Positions 19,844-27,768 of a DNA stretch of 64,000 nt are shown in pieces. This stretch comes from a virus. Where the stretch lies: IMG/VR virus record IMGVR_UViG_3300021375_000011, positions 32,001 to 96,000 of that record; one strand, 5' to 3'. How positions within the stretch are numbered: position 1 is the stretch's first letter; each line of letters begins with the position of its first letter. Under the pieces are notes generated by a model. The model had not been told where the DNA came from, did not search any database, and saw only the letters and a program-made list of their open reading frames with translations. A program made the translations under genes and the position numbers.

Positions 19844-20160
19844 TGAACGTTTACACAGTTTATGCCGATGTAAAAGAAGGTATAGATGCACGAACTTTTG
19901 TTGCTAACATGAAGCTTTTCCTAGATAAATTACCCACTATGCATGCCTACAGAATCACAAGAATGAAGCTAGGATTCCGTTCAATGGACTTGCCAGAGTT
20001 TAGAATTGATATGGAATTTGAAACCATGCAGGCACTGGATGATGCTATGAGTCATGTGGTAGCAAACGTAGATGATATTGAAACAGAACACGTAGGTTTC
20101 AATCAATGGGTAGATGTAGAAACCATACAACACTTTCTCTACAGAGACTATCCAGACTAA
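19843..20160 (+). CDS. DUF6614-like dimeric alpha/beta barrel protein
   Basis: 105 aa; YRITRMKLG...EF.IDMEF..MQALD.A...LYRDYPD; TAATG overlap with the previous gene. Confidence 0.55.
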   Translation: MNVYTVYADVKEGIDARTFVANMKLFLDKLPTMHAYRITRMKLGFRSMDLPEFRIDMEFETMQALDDAMSHVVANVDDIETEHVGFNQWVDVETIQHFLYRDYPD

Positions 20161-20756
20161 CACCAGCCATTAGAATAATCTTCTAACATAACCTGCCGTA
20201 TACGCAGTCGTTGTAGATCAGTGGGTCCTGCTCGCATGGTGTTGTCACGGCGATGATGTGTGTCCAATGCTGGCACACCAAGTATTCCTGCTATCTTATG
20301 TACATGTTTATAATTGTAGATATGTGTGTAGACAGCTCTGTTGGAACCAAGTCGTGCAGTGTTTGTTTCGCAGTGATCTGCTACGTTTGGATTTTGTCGA
20401 TACACTGCAATGTCTTTGAGAAAGTTGGTTAGACTAGGTGATTTAATCCACAAATTTTTATTTGCCGGATTGCTCATGGTATGATAGAAACCACTTACAA
20501 ACTTATCAATAGGATCACGCCACAGTGCTATGCGTATGTCTGCGTCTAGAAGCTCTGACTCAAACTCCTCAAATGATCTAGCCTTATTGTACACACCAGG
20601 TGCTTCGTTTTGAAAGTTTTGATAGAACTGTTCTTCTTTAGGATCAGCATTCCATAATGCTTGTGCTACATAACTCAACATAGTCGTAGTACTACATTTA
20701 TGATTACGCACTATTGCTATAGTTCTATTATTGTGCTTAAACTTTATCAATCCCAT
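20157..20756 (-). CDS. sulfotransferase family 2-like protein
   Basis: HKCSTTT (5'-PSB-like) and RDPIDKFVSGF (3'-PB-like); likely start ATG 20756, 5 nt after TAAATA at 20762-20767. Confidence 0.7.
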   Translation of the reverse strand: MGLIKFKHNNRTIAIVRNHKCSTTTMLSYVAQALWNADPKEEQFYQNFQNEAPGVYNKARSFEEFESELLDADIRIALWRDPIDKFVSGFYHTMSNPANKNLWIKSPSLTNFLKDIAVYRQNPNVADHCETNTARLGSNRAVYTHIYNYKHVHKIAGILGVPALDTHHRRDNTMRAGPTDLQRLRIRQVMLEDYSNGWC

Positions 20757-20770
20757 ATGCTTATTTAATA

Positions 20771-21260
20771 AGATGTCTAAAGACATCTATTGCTTCGCTT
20801 TGCTTCAGCAATATTTTTATTACGAGTGTAACGAAGTAATCAGTTATCATCTAGATAGTTTAGTCATACTTGCCCTACTACGGGCAAGTGAACTGAAAAG
20901 ATGTCATCATCTGAGTTATCCAGTCATTTGAATAAAGAGATTTACATTACTGTATCAGGGGCGGTTGTGCTGTACCCCTTACTCTAGCCTTGTCTCACAA
21001 CGGAGCGTTTGGTATACCCCTTCAAACAAAGTATACAAACGTATGGGTTGTATCTGTTTCACAGAGCCCATGTCATTCTAGCCTTAAGTTAGCCTTATCC
21101 TTTGACGCACCAGTTCTGTCGGCTACAACTCGCGTTGGCAGACCTCAAGGTGGATCGAGGTTCCTCGATCAAACGATGTCATATTAGCTTGGGAAATTTA
21201 AAAAGTTGCTCTGAGCATTGCTCTAGTAGTGCCTGTGTCATACTTGTTTATGACAATATA
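20771..21260 (-). ncRNA. candidate large structured ncRNA or replication-origin element
   Basis: by far the longest intergenic gap; 9 or more hairpins; GNRA loops (GCGA, GUAA) on the - strand; internal direct repeats. Confidence 0.55.
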
Positions 21261-21275
21261 ATCTGGGGGTTTAAT

Positions 21276-21683
21276 TTACTCTTTTAATATGCCTTTTTGG
21301 TGTACACGGACCCGTATGTGCCCATTATACCATTGTTTTGATTCTAGTACTTTGTGTGTGAATTGTTCTCTTGCTTCAATGTAACTGAGTTCACTTTTAC
21401 TGCTACACCAAAACATGATTTCACGTTTAAACTTGTCTTTTCCTAATAGTTCCACATCTGCAGTAAGTTCATCACTACTTCCATAATAGTCTCGCCAATC
21501 GCTTTCAACTGTATACCTACGTTTGTTTGTTCTTCCCTTCAGAGGCTTCTTACTGCGTTTAAACTGAGTAAGTTTCTTGCCAATGTACTTTCTATCATTG
21601 GTAGTATTTGTTATCAAATATACAAACCCTATGAACTCTGCAGGAATTTCAGTTACTTCTTTATTTTTGTATAGCCATGTCAT
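21276..21683 (-). CDS. denA: stand-alone GIY-YIG endonuclease (T4 EndoII/DenA-like)
   Basis: 135 aa; GFVYLITN...YIGKK, Y.GSS, E..EQF, YNG. Confidence 0.75.
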   Translation of the reverse strand: MTWLYKNKEVTEIPAEFIGFVYLITNTTNDRKYIGKKLTQFKRSKKPLKGRTNKRRYTVESDWRDYYGSSDELTADVELLGKDKFKREIMFWCSSKSELSYIEAREQFTHKVLESKQWYNGHIRVRVHQKGILKE

Positions 21684-22771
21684 CAGTTTGTTTCATAGCC
21701 AACTGCATAATTTTCATCTACTACTTCGGCCCTGCATTTGAGACTGCACTCAACCCAGGTGTCCTTGTGCATACTGTCAAAAAACTTTTGCCACAGATCG
21801 TGATTAAGTACTTCTTCAAAACTCAAACCGTTTTTTATATTTAGAATCTGTCTATATTTCTCAAAAAAACTTTCTTTGTACACACTGGTTTTGTTACCAT
21901 AACTCATTGCATCATAAGGGAAACTAGTCCAACTGCATGGATGCAATGTGCCTTCTGCATTTACATACATGCCTCTATTGCCAATCTTACAAAGAGGTAC
22001 AATGCCGTTTATAGGTTTTGTATGCAAATATTTTTGCAAATTTGTTGTCATATAATGTTCTGTATTTTGTATTCTATTTTTTAATTTTTGAATGTGTCTT
22101 TCATATCTATCTGTTTTGCTTATGTACTCATTGCGTGGTTCTAGTGTATCCTTACCATAAGCACCATCATATTTGCTACTGAACTTTGTGCTTTTGGTCC
22201 ATTGTATACTGTCGCATCCATTTTGCTTTGCTAGGTCAATGATAGCACTGGTATGATCTTGATTAAAAGCAAAGTATATGGCTGCCCAGTTTACAAATGC
22301 CGAGGACTTATGCCCCATAATACGCATACCCTCCATGATGCTTTTGAAATTATTGTTTACTCTATACAAGTTGTTGCTTTCTTGATCATAACCATCCACA
22401 CTAAAGTTTATGGTATCATATTCGTTGCTGATATCTGCAAATTGTTCCCACCAGGTAGAAGTTTTATAACTTCCATTTGTGATTGTGTACACATGGCAAG
22501 TTGGTTTGATAGTTTTGATATATTCTACAATTTTTAAATAATCTTTACAATAGATACTGTCACCAACATCACCGCACATGGTAAAACGTTGTACGTACTC
22601 GCTGATAAAATCAGCAGTAAAAGCACTCTGAAATTGTTCCAAACTTAGTTCTTTGTTTAGCCAAGGAGTATCGGGCATTTCTGTTCTAGGACATCTTGGA
22701 CACTTCAAACTGCATTTACTGCTAGGTTCAATATGCCAATGATAAAATTGCCAACCGTACTTGTTATACAT
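21683..22771 (-). CDS. radical SAM protein with C-terminal SPASM/twitch domain
   Basis: CSLKCPRC; TNGS; FSVDG; C-terminal C...G.LHPC...C...C. Confidence 0.85.
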   Translation of the reverse strand: MYNKYGWQFYHWHIEPSSKCSLKCPRCPRTEMPDTPWLNKELSLEQFQSAFTADFISEYVQRFTMCGDVGDSIYCKDYLKIVEYIKTIKPTCHVYTITNGSYKTSTWWEQFADISNEYDTINFSVDGYDQESNNLYRVNNNFKSIMEGMRIMGHKSSAFVNWAAIYFAFNQDHTSAIIDLAKQNGCDSIQWTKSTKFSSKYDGAYGKDTLEPRNEYISKTDRYERHIQKLKNRIQNTEHYMTTNLQKYLHTKPINGIVPLCKIGNRGMYVNAEGTLHPCSWTSFPYDAMSYGNKTSVYKESFFEKYRQILNIKNGLSFEEVLNHDLWQKFFDSMHKDTWVECSLKCRAEVVDENYAVGYETN

Positions 22772-23294
22772 AAACTGTTATTTCCTTTAGATAAGAATAC
22801 TTAATTGCACAACCAATTGCTTGTGCAACTTTTTCAGCTGGTAGTTTATCACATTCTATATGATCAATCATTGGTGTATCTACTGGCCCTGGACTTACCA
22901 AATGTACTCGACAGTCGGAGTCCTCTTGTGCAATCTGACGAAATGTGTTTTTTAAATCGTTCTTATGAACTCTATATTCCCACGGCTCGTTGTCTTTACT
23001 GCGTTCAAGACGTGGATAATCTGTTATGTAACTTCCTATGTTTACAATAATATTTGGTTTGTTTCTCCATTCGCGATACAAACGTTCAAGCAGTCTACGT
23101 TGTGCCCTGTCTTCATAGGCATTATTAATTAAAACGGTGCAATTTTTTGCCACAATATCTGCAACTATTTCGTCAGACGATTGTATGTTCCATCCATTGG
23201 ATCTGCTATATCCAAAAATTGTGTCGTTATTGAAGTGTTCGACACATGCTTTGCCGATGCCACTGGTGTGTCCGGTGATTGCTATATTAGTCAT
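22764..23294 (-). CDS. short-chain dehydrogenase/reductase (SDR)
   Basis: ITGHTSGIG, INNA, YRVHK (YxxxK), PGPVDT. Confidence 0.85.
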   Translation of the reverse strand: MTNIAITGHTSGIGKACVEHFNNDTIFGYSRSNGWNIQSSDEIVADIVAKNCTVLINNAYEDRAQRRLLERLYREWRNKPNIIVNIGSYITDYPRLERSKDNEPWEYRVHKNDLKNTFRQIAQEDSDCRVHLVSPGPVDTPMIDHIECDKLPAEKVAQAIGCAIKYSYLKEITVYV

Positions 23295-25048
23295 GCTATG
23301 TCTATATCCGTACTATAACTTGTGAAGCCGTTTTCCTTAACAACTTTAAGCAAGTTATTTACACGCCCTGCTAGTTCATCTTTGTGTGATACAAGCCAAA
23401 TGCTTTTGCTACGCTCTCTTGCCATTTTCTTAAGCAATGCAAGTGCAGCCTCAACTCCTGATGTATCCATACCTGAATCAATCATCTCATCAATGAACAG
23501 TAAGTTGATTGCACCATACAAGCTCTCCCATACGTCACGGAAAGCCCAACTCATACTGATAATTAGCCTGTTTCTCTCACCTCTACTTAGGTTGTCAAAG
23601 TCTAAATCTCTGCCAAGTTCTTGTATTTCAACAGTTAAATCGTTCTGGAATATAACTGTGTGTGGTAATCCTATTCTATCTAAATAGTGTGTGAGTCTTG
23701 AATTCAAATAACTTAAATTTTGATCAATAATACGTTTACGCACAAAACTGTCTTTGTTTGTTAGGAGTTTCAGTAGAAAGTCTTGATGATCGTATAGTCT
23801 AGTAAGGTCATTTAGTTTGTCATAACTTATTTCAGTGGCAGCAGTGGTCTGCATTTCTACTATTTGATCAACGTAAGGATCGGCTTCTGCACGCTTGCTT
23901 TGTAACTGTGTTTCAAGTGAGGATAAAGTTGATCTATGATTGTGTGCATCAGACACGCTATCATAAAAAACTCTTGGTCTCGCTGGAACTTCCGTTTTAT
24001 CTGCCTTGAGTGCAGAGATTCCTTCCTGTATTTCTCTAAGGAAATCACTTGCCCCATTGTATTCCTCCTGTGCTTTAGCCACATGTTGTTGATGTGTTTC
24101 CATATGATCAACACTCTGTCCGCAACTGCCACAAGTGCCTGATTCTAAACTGTCTAGTGCTTTTTTAGTTCTAGTAACGTCTTTTTCTGCTCTGCCAACC
24201 TGTGCAGTTAGTGCGGCAATGTCTTTTTGTAATTGTGTTTGTGTATTGTTAAGTTCAGTCCACGTTAGGAGGTCATCCTGAGCGGCTAATTCTGCATCAA
24301 TATCAACATGTGCAAGATCCTCAATAGCAGTTTCAAACTTTTTTACGTCTTCTGCTTTCTTGTTCATCCACAGTGTTTGTCTACGTTTAAGTGCTTGTAC
24401 TTGTTCACCAATTTTGTCGTTAGCAGTTTGCAATGCTTTGATTGTCATTTCTTCCTGCTTGATATCATCACGTGTGCGTTTGCTAAGTTCTTTGATCTTG
24501 TCAGCACGTTCACTGAGTTGTGTTATTCCTAGCAGTTGCTCGATTATCTCTCTTTGATCGTTTTGTTTTAGACTCAAAAACGGTTCAGTGTATGTGTTTA
24601 ATGCTACCAAGTGTTTGAACATAGTATGACTCATGCTCAACAGTTTTAGTATAGCACCTTGTGTTTCTCTACTATCACCTTGTGCATAGTCATCTGCTTC
24701 TTGTTCGCTGTCATTGATATAAAACTTTAGTACATTGGGCTTGCGTCCACGTTCTATACGATAGCATTGTTCACCAACACAAAAATCTAAACTAACCATC
24801 ATTCCTTTTGAATTGGTCTTGTTTATGAGATTGTCACGACGTATGTTTGTGAGTGCCTCGCCATAGAGTGCATAACTTAATGCGTTTATGATTGTGGTCT
24901 TACCAGTTCCGTTACGTGAACCATCACCACCTAAGTCGATGTTCTCACCAAGTACCAGCGTGAGGTCTTGTCGGTCAAAGTTAATTGCTTGGGTAGCATT
25001 ACCCACACTCATAAAGTTTTTAACCGTAAGGTCTTTAATTTGAATCAT
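23291..25048 (-). CDS. gp46: recombination nuclease ATPase subunit (gp46/SbcC-like)
   Basis: Walker A NGTGKT, CGSC zinc hook, LSRGE signature, LFIDE Walker B. Confidence 0.93.
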   Translation of the reverse strand: MIQIKDLTVKNFMSVGNATQAINFDRQDLTLVLGENIDLGGDGSRNGTGKTTIINALSYALYGEALTNIRRDNLINKTNSKGMMVSLDFCVGEQCYRIERGRKPNVLKFYINDSEQEADDYAQGDSRETQGAILKLLSMSHTMFKHLVALNTYTEPFLSLKQNDQREIIEQLLGITQLSERADKIKELSKRTRDDIKQEEMTIKALQTANDKIGEQVQALKRRQTLWMNKKAEDVKKFETAIEDLAHVDIDAELAAQDDLLTWTELNNTQTQLQKDIAALTAQVGRAEKDVTRTKKALDSLESGTCGSCGQSVDHMETHQQHVAKAQEEYNGASDFLREIQEGISALKADKTEVPARPRVFYDSVSDAHNHRSTLSSLETQLQSKRAEADPYVDQIVEMQTTAATEISYDKLNDLTRLYDHQDFLLKLLTNKDSFVRKRIIDQNLSYLNSRLTHYLDRIGLPHTVIFQNDLTVEIQELGRDLDFDNLSRGERNRLIISMSWAFRDVWESLYGAINLLFIDEMIDSGMDTSGVEAALALLKKMARERSKSIWLVSHKDELAGRVNNLLKVVKENGFTSYSTDIDIA

Positions 25049-25743
25049 ATTGTTTTACTATAATCTTCTAAGGTTTTTGCCAATGTTTGACCTTGTCTTG
25101 TCAAGTAATATTGTACATAATCAAAGCAAATAAGTCTACCGTTTAGGTTTAAAAAGTTTATAATTCTGTCATATTGTTTATAATAGTTTGTTTGATCAAA
25201 CAAACTACCAAAAGGTATCTCAAGGACACGAGGATTATCAGACAGTGTTTGATTAAGAGTGCTTTGCCCTGGATCTAGATCACCTAACTTTTTCTGTGCA
25301 AGTGCATGTAAGATATTATTGCCTCTTTCATCATGCGGTAAAATGCGTATTACTTTTGCTTTTGAGAATGTATCTAGTATTAAATTTACACTTGTATCGC
25401 GCCACATATGTGTACCAAAGATCACTTGATCAAGCAAACTGTAATTTAAATTTCTTTTGCCAAGACTTTCAGCAACATGATAGAAAAATGTATCATCAAA
25501 TTTATAGTGATCAAATTGATCCATAAACTCATAGTCTGTAGTATACATATGAACCTTACCGTTGTCTGCAATGCCATAGTATTCACAACCAGTACGTAGA
25601 TAGTGTTTATCCACTATCGATATAAGCAAGTCGCCTGAGGATCCTGCTGGGTATACAACAAATATGCATGGATCGTCTTTAGTAAAGTCAACACAGTCTA
25701 TAAAGTTTCTGCTTTCTAATGCCTCATTTTTTGGCACAAGCAT
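25045..25743 (-). CDS. hypothetical protein (possible P-loop/sulfotransferase-like fold)
   Basis: 232 aa, VVYPAGSSGDLL; inserted between gp47 and gp46 with start/stop overlaps on both sides. Confidence 0.5.
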   Translation of the reverse strand: MLVPKNEALESRNFIDCVDFTKDDPCIFVVYPAGSSGDLLISIVDKHYLRTGCEYYGIADNGKVHMYTTDYEFMDQFDHYKFDDTFFYHVAESLGKRNLNYSLLDQVIFGTHMWRDTSVNLILDTFSKAKVIRILPHDERGNNILHALAQKKLGDLDPGQSTLNQTLSDNPRVLEIPFGSLFDQTNYYKQYDRIINFLNLNGRLICFDYVQYYLTRQGQTLAKTLEDYSKTI

Positions 25744-26756
25744 TACAGACTCCTATAGATTTCTAATAACAATTTGTTATCGTAGAATTCACTATCAATG
25801 TTTATGATTTGTTCTGTAACAATTTGGTCAACACTTTCAAACTTGATGTCGCCTGGTTGCATTTCTTCTTCCAATGCACTGCGTTTGTTAGGTATAAGTG
25901 CCATCTCACGCAGTTTGTACTTGGTTGCAAACTGTTCTTTGATGTAGTTTGCTTCTTCGTAGGATATTTCTATGTCTAAGTTTACTCTAACATGCATGTT
26001 TGGTTTTAGTATTGTGTCAGCATAGTCAATTACCTGTGAAAGGTCCAACACTTTGTACAATGGTTGATCTGGCCAAGCAATGTACTCTGGCTCTTTGCCC
26101 CATTCAAGTATCATGCAACCACGTTGATCATCACCTGCATCTGAAAAGTTGTGCGGAAATGCATTGCCAATGTAGTTGATGTTGTTTTTCTGTTGACGTA
26201 AATGAAAGTGTCCACTAAACACTGTGCCATACTGTTGGAAGTGTTCTGATTTTATCTCTCCGTGATCAGGCATTTCAACCATAGCATTCATCTTAAAGTG
26301 CGGCAGTTCAAAGTGTCCAAACATATACTGAGCACTTGCAGTTTTAATCTGCTTGTGATCATCTCCAACCAGCCAAGGAACAAGTATCACATCATCCTGT
26401 TCAAACCAGTCGTTGCATATTTTCAAGTTTGGTATGTGCTTTGCCCATTCAAAACTGTAGATATCACGTTTGTCTCTATAGTACAAGTCGTGATTGCCAG
26501 TTATAAAGTAGGTTATGTCAAAACTACGTGAAAGATTTTCTAATGCTCTTAGACTGTGGCTCATGGTTTGCAAACTTAAACTTGCTCTATGATGATGCCA
26601 GTCTCCCATGAAGATAGCAGTTTCACAGTTGTGTATTTTGCCTTGTTGTACTGCCCATTCTACAAAGTTTTCACAGTCCTGATTGTGCATGATGCTATTG
26701 CTTTTCATGCCAAAGTGGATGTCTGTGAACACTAGAGCTTTCTTAAACAAACCCAT
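25743..26756 (-). CDS. gp47: recombination nuclease subunit (gp47/SbcD-like)
   Basis: DIHFG, GD, GNHD, GHF, SGHFH metallophosphoesterase motifs. Confidence 0.93.
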   Translation of the reverse strand: MGLFKKALVFTDIHFGMKSNSIMHNQDCENFVEWAVQQGKIHNCETAIFMGDWHHHRASLSLQTMSHSLRALENLSRSFDITYFITGNHDLYYRDKRDIYSFEWAKHIPNLKICNDWFEQDDVILVPWLVGDDHKQIKTASAQYMFGHFELPHFKMNAMVEMPDHGEIKSEHFQQYGTVFSGHFHLRQQKNNINYIGNAFPHNFSDAGDDQRGCMILEWGKEPEYIAWPDQPLYKVLDLSQVIDYADTILKPNMHVRVNLDIEISYEEANYIKEQFATKYKLREMALIPNKRSALEEEMQPGDIKFESVDQIVTEQIINIDSEFYDNKLLLEIYRSL

Positions 26757-26765
26757 ATATGTGTC

Positions 26766-27659
26766 CTATTTTTTAGCGGCTTCTGCTGGTTGTAGTTTTT
26801 TTGCATCTGGTGAATTGTTAAACTGTCTTGTCCAACTTGGGTTCAACCCGTTTTGCTCTAGTATGTCATCGCGTATGTTTTGATTTTTCTTTTCAATGTT
26901 TAAGACTCTGGTAAAACTGTTTGTGATAGTAGCAGTGTAGTATGCAAATGGATTTTGGCTCTTGCTTTCATCAAACTGTAGTCCAATTTGACTCAGTTGT
27001 AGCAATGCTTGTCCACGCATTTCTTCATTGTATGTGTATCCGCGCCAGTTTGATCTAGTAGCATAACGTTCACACAATTTTATAAACATGTGTGCAAGTT
27101 TGTCAGTCATCTTACCATGGTCTTTTGAGAAGTGCCCGTTCTCCATACCACCAACCCAGTGCGATTTACCTACAATATACGGCACTTTGTTCTCATCAAT
27201 CATGTAGTGCCAAAAAGGAGGAAAGTTAAGTTTTACGTAGTTGAGATCTTGTTCAACATCACTCATCAGTTCTTGCAATCCATCATCTTCGACATCAACG
27301 TCATCCATTTCGAGGAGTTCTTCTAGTTTGCTTTTTTTCTTTTCTTGTGCTTTGGTCAGTTTCTTTGGCACCATTGGAATATGATCCCAACAAATTACTC
27401 TGAACACAAGTTCTTGGTTGTTTAGTTTTGTTGGATCGAGTATTTCGCCAGTTAGTCTTTTGATTCTATCTGCTTTGTTGCGTCTTGCTTCTGCAACACT
27501 ACGCTGATTGATCTTGTCAACACTAGGCACAATAATATCATACTGTGCAAATTCTCTTTCTAAGTAAGAACAGTAGGTATTCTTGCTTTTCCAAATTTCT
27601 TTTAGTATATCTCTGTTGTTTAGATAGTTTACTTTTCTAGGTGCTTTCACCGGTGGCAT
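26766..27659 (-). CDS. gp55: late transcription sigma factor (gp55-like)
   Basis: YLNN..L, NWRGYTY.EEM, FDESKSQNPFAYYT; upstream of gp47/gp46 as in T4-like phages. Confidence 0.88.
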   Translation of the reverse strand: MPPVKAPRKVNYLNNRDILKEIWKSKNTYCSYLEREFAQYDIIVPSVDKINQRSVAEARRNKADRIKRLTGEILDPTKLNNQELVFRVICWDHIPMVPKKLTKAQEKKKSKLEELLEMDDVDVEDDGLQELMSDVEQDLNYVKLNFPPFWHYMIDENKVPYIVGKSHWVGGMENGHFSKDHGKMTDKLAHMFIKLCERYATRSNWRGYTYNEEMRGQALLQLSQIGLQFDESKSQNPFAYYTATITNSFTRVLNIEKKNQNIRDDILEQNGLNPSWTRQFNNSPDAKKLQPAEAAKK

Positions 27660-27688
27660 ATGATTCTCCTTAGCCTAATAACTTGCTT

Positions 27689-27717
27689 ATTATACAACAT
27701 TACTTATCAGAAGTCAA
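27689..27717 (-). promoter_or_regulatory. sigma70-type promoter for the gp55 operon
   Basis: TTGACT-17 nt-TATAAT on the - strand; TAAGTA box (27701-27706) inside the spacer. Confidence 0.75.
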
Positions 27718-27768
27718 TCATTAACTACGCACTTTTTGGTAAGCATAAATAAGACTAGAGGAGTATAC

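Noticed and set aside
20731-21287. Short + strand ORFs (61-66 aa) in the non-coding gap
   Set aside because: TTG-type starts, no RBS, atypical composition; the hairpin density is better explained by nucleic-acid structure.
20771-21683. Group I intron with a homing GIY-YIG endonuclease
   Set aside because: The flanking genes are complete and unrelated, so no exon is interrupted. The nuclease is the short EndoII type with no homing DNA-binding tail, and I could not identify P7 core motifs by eye.
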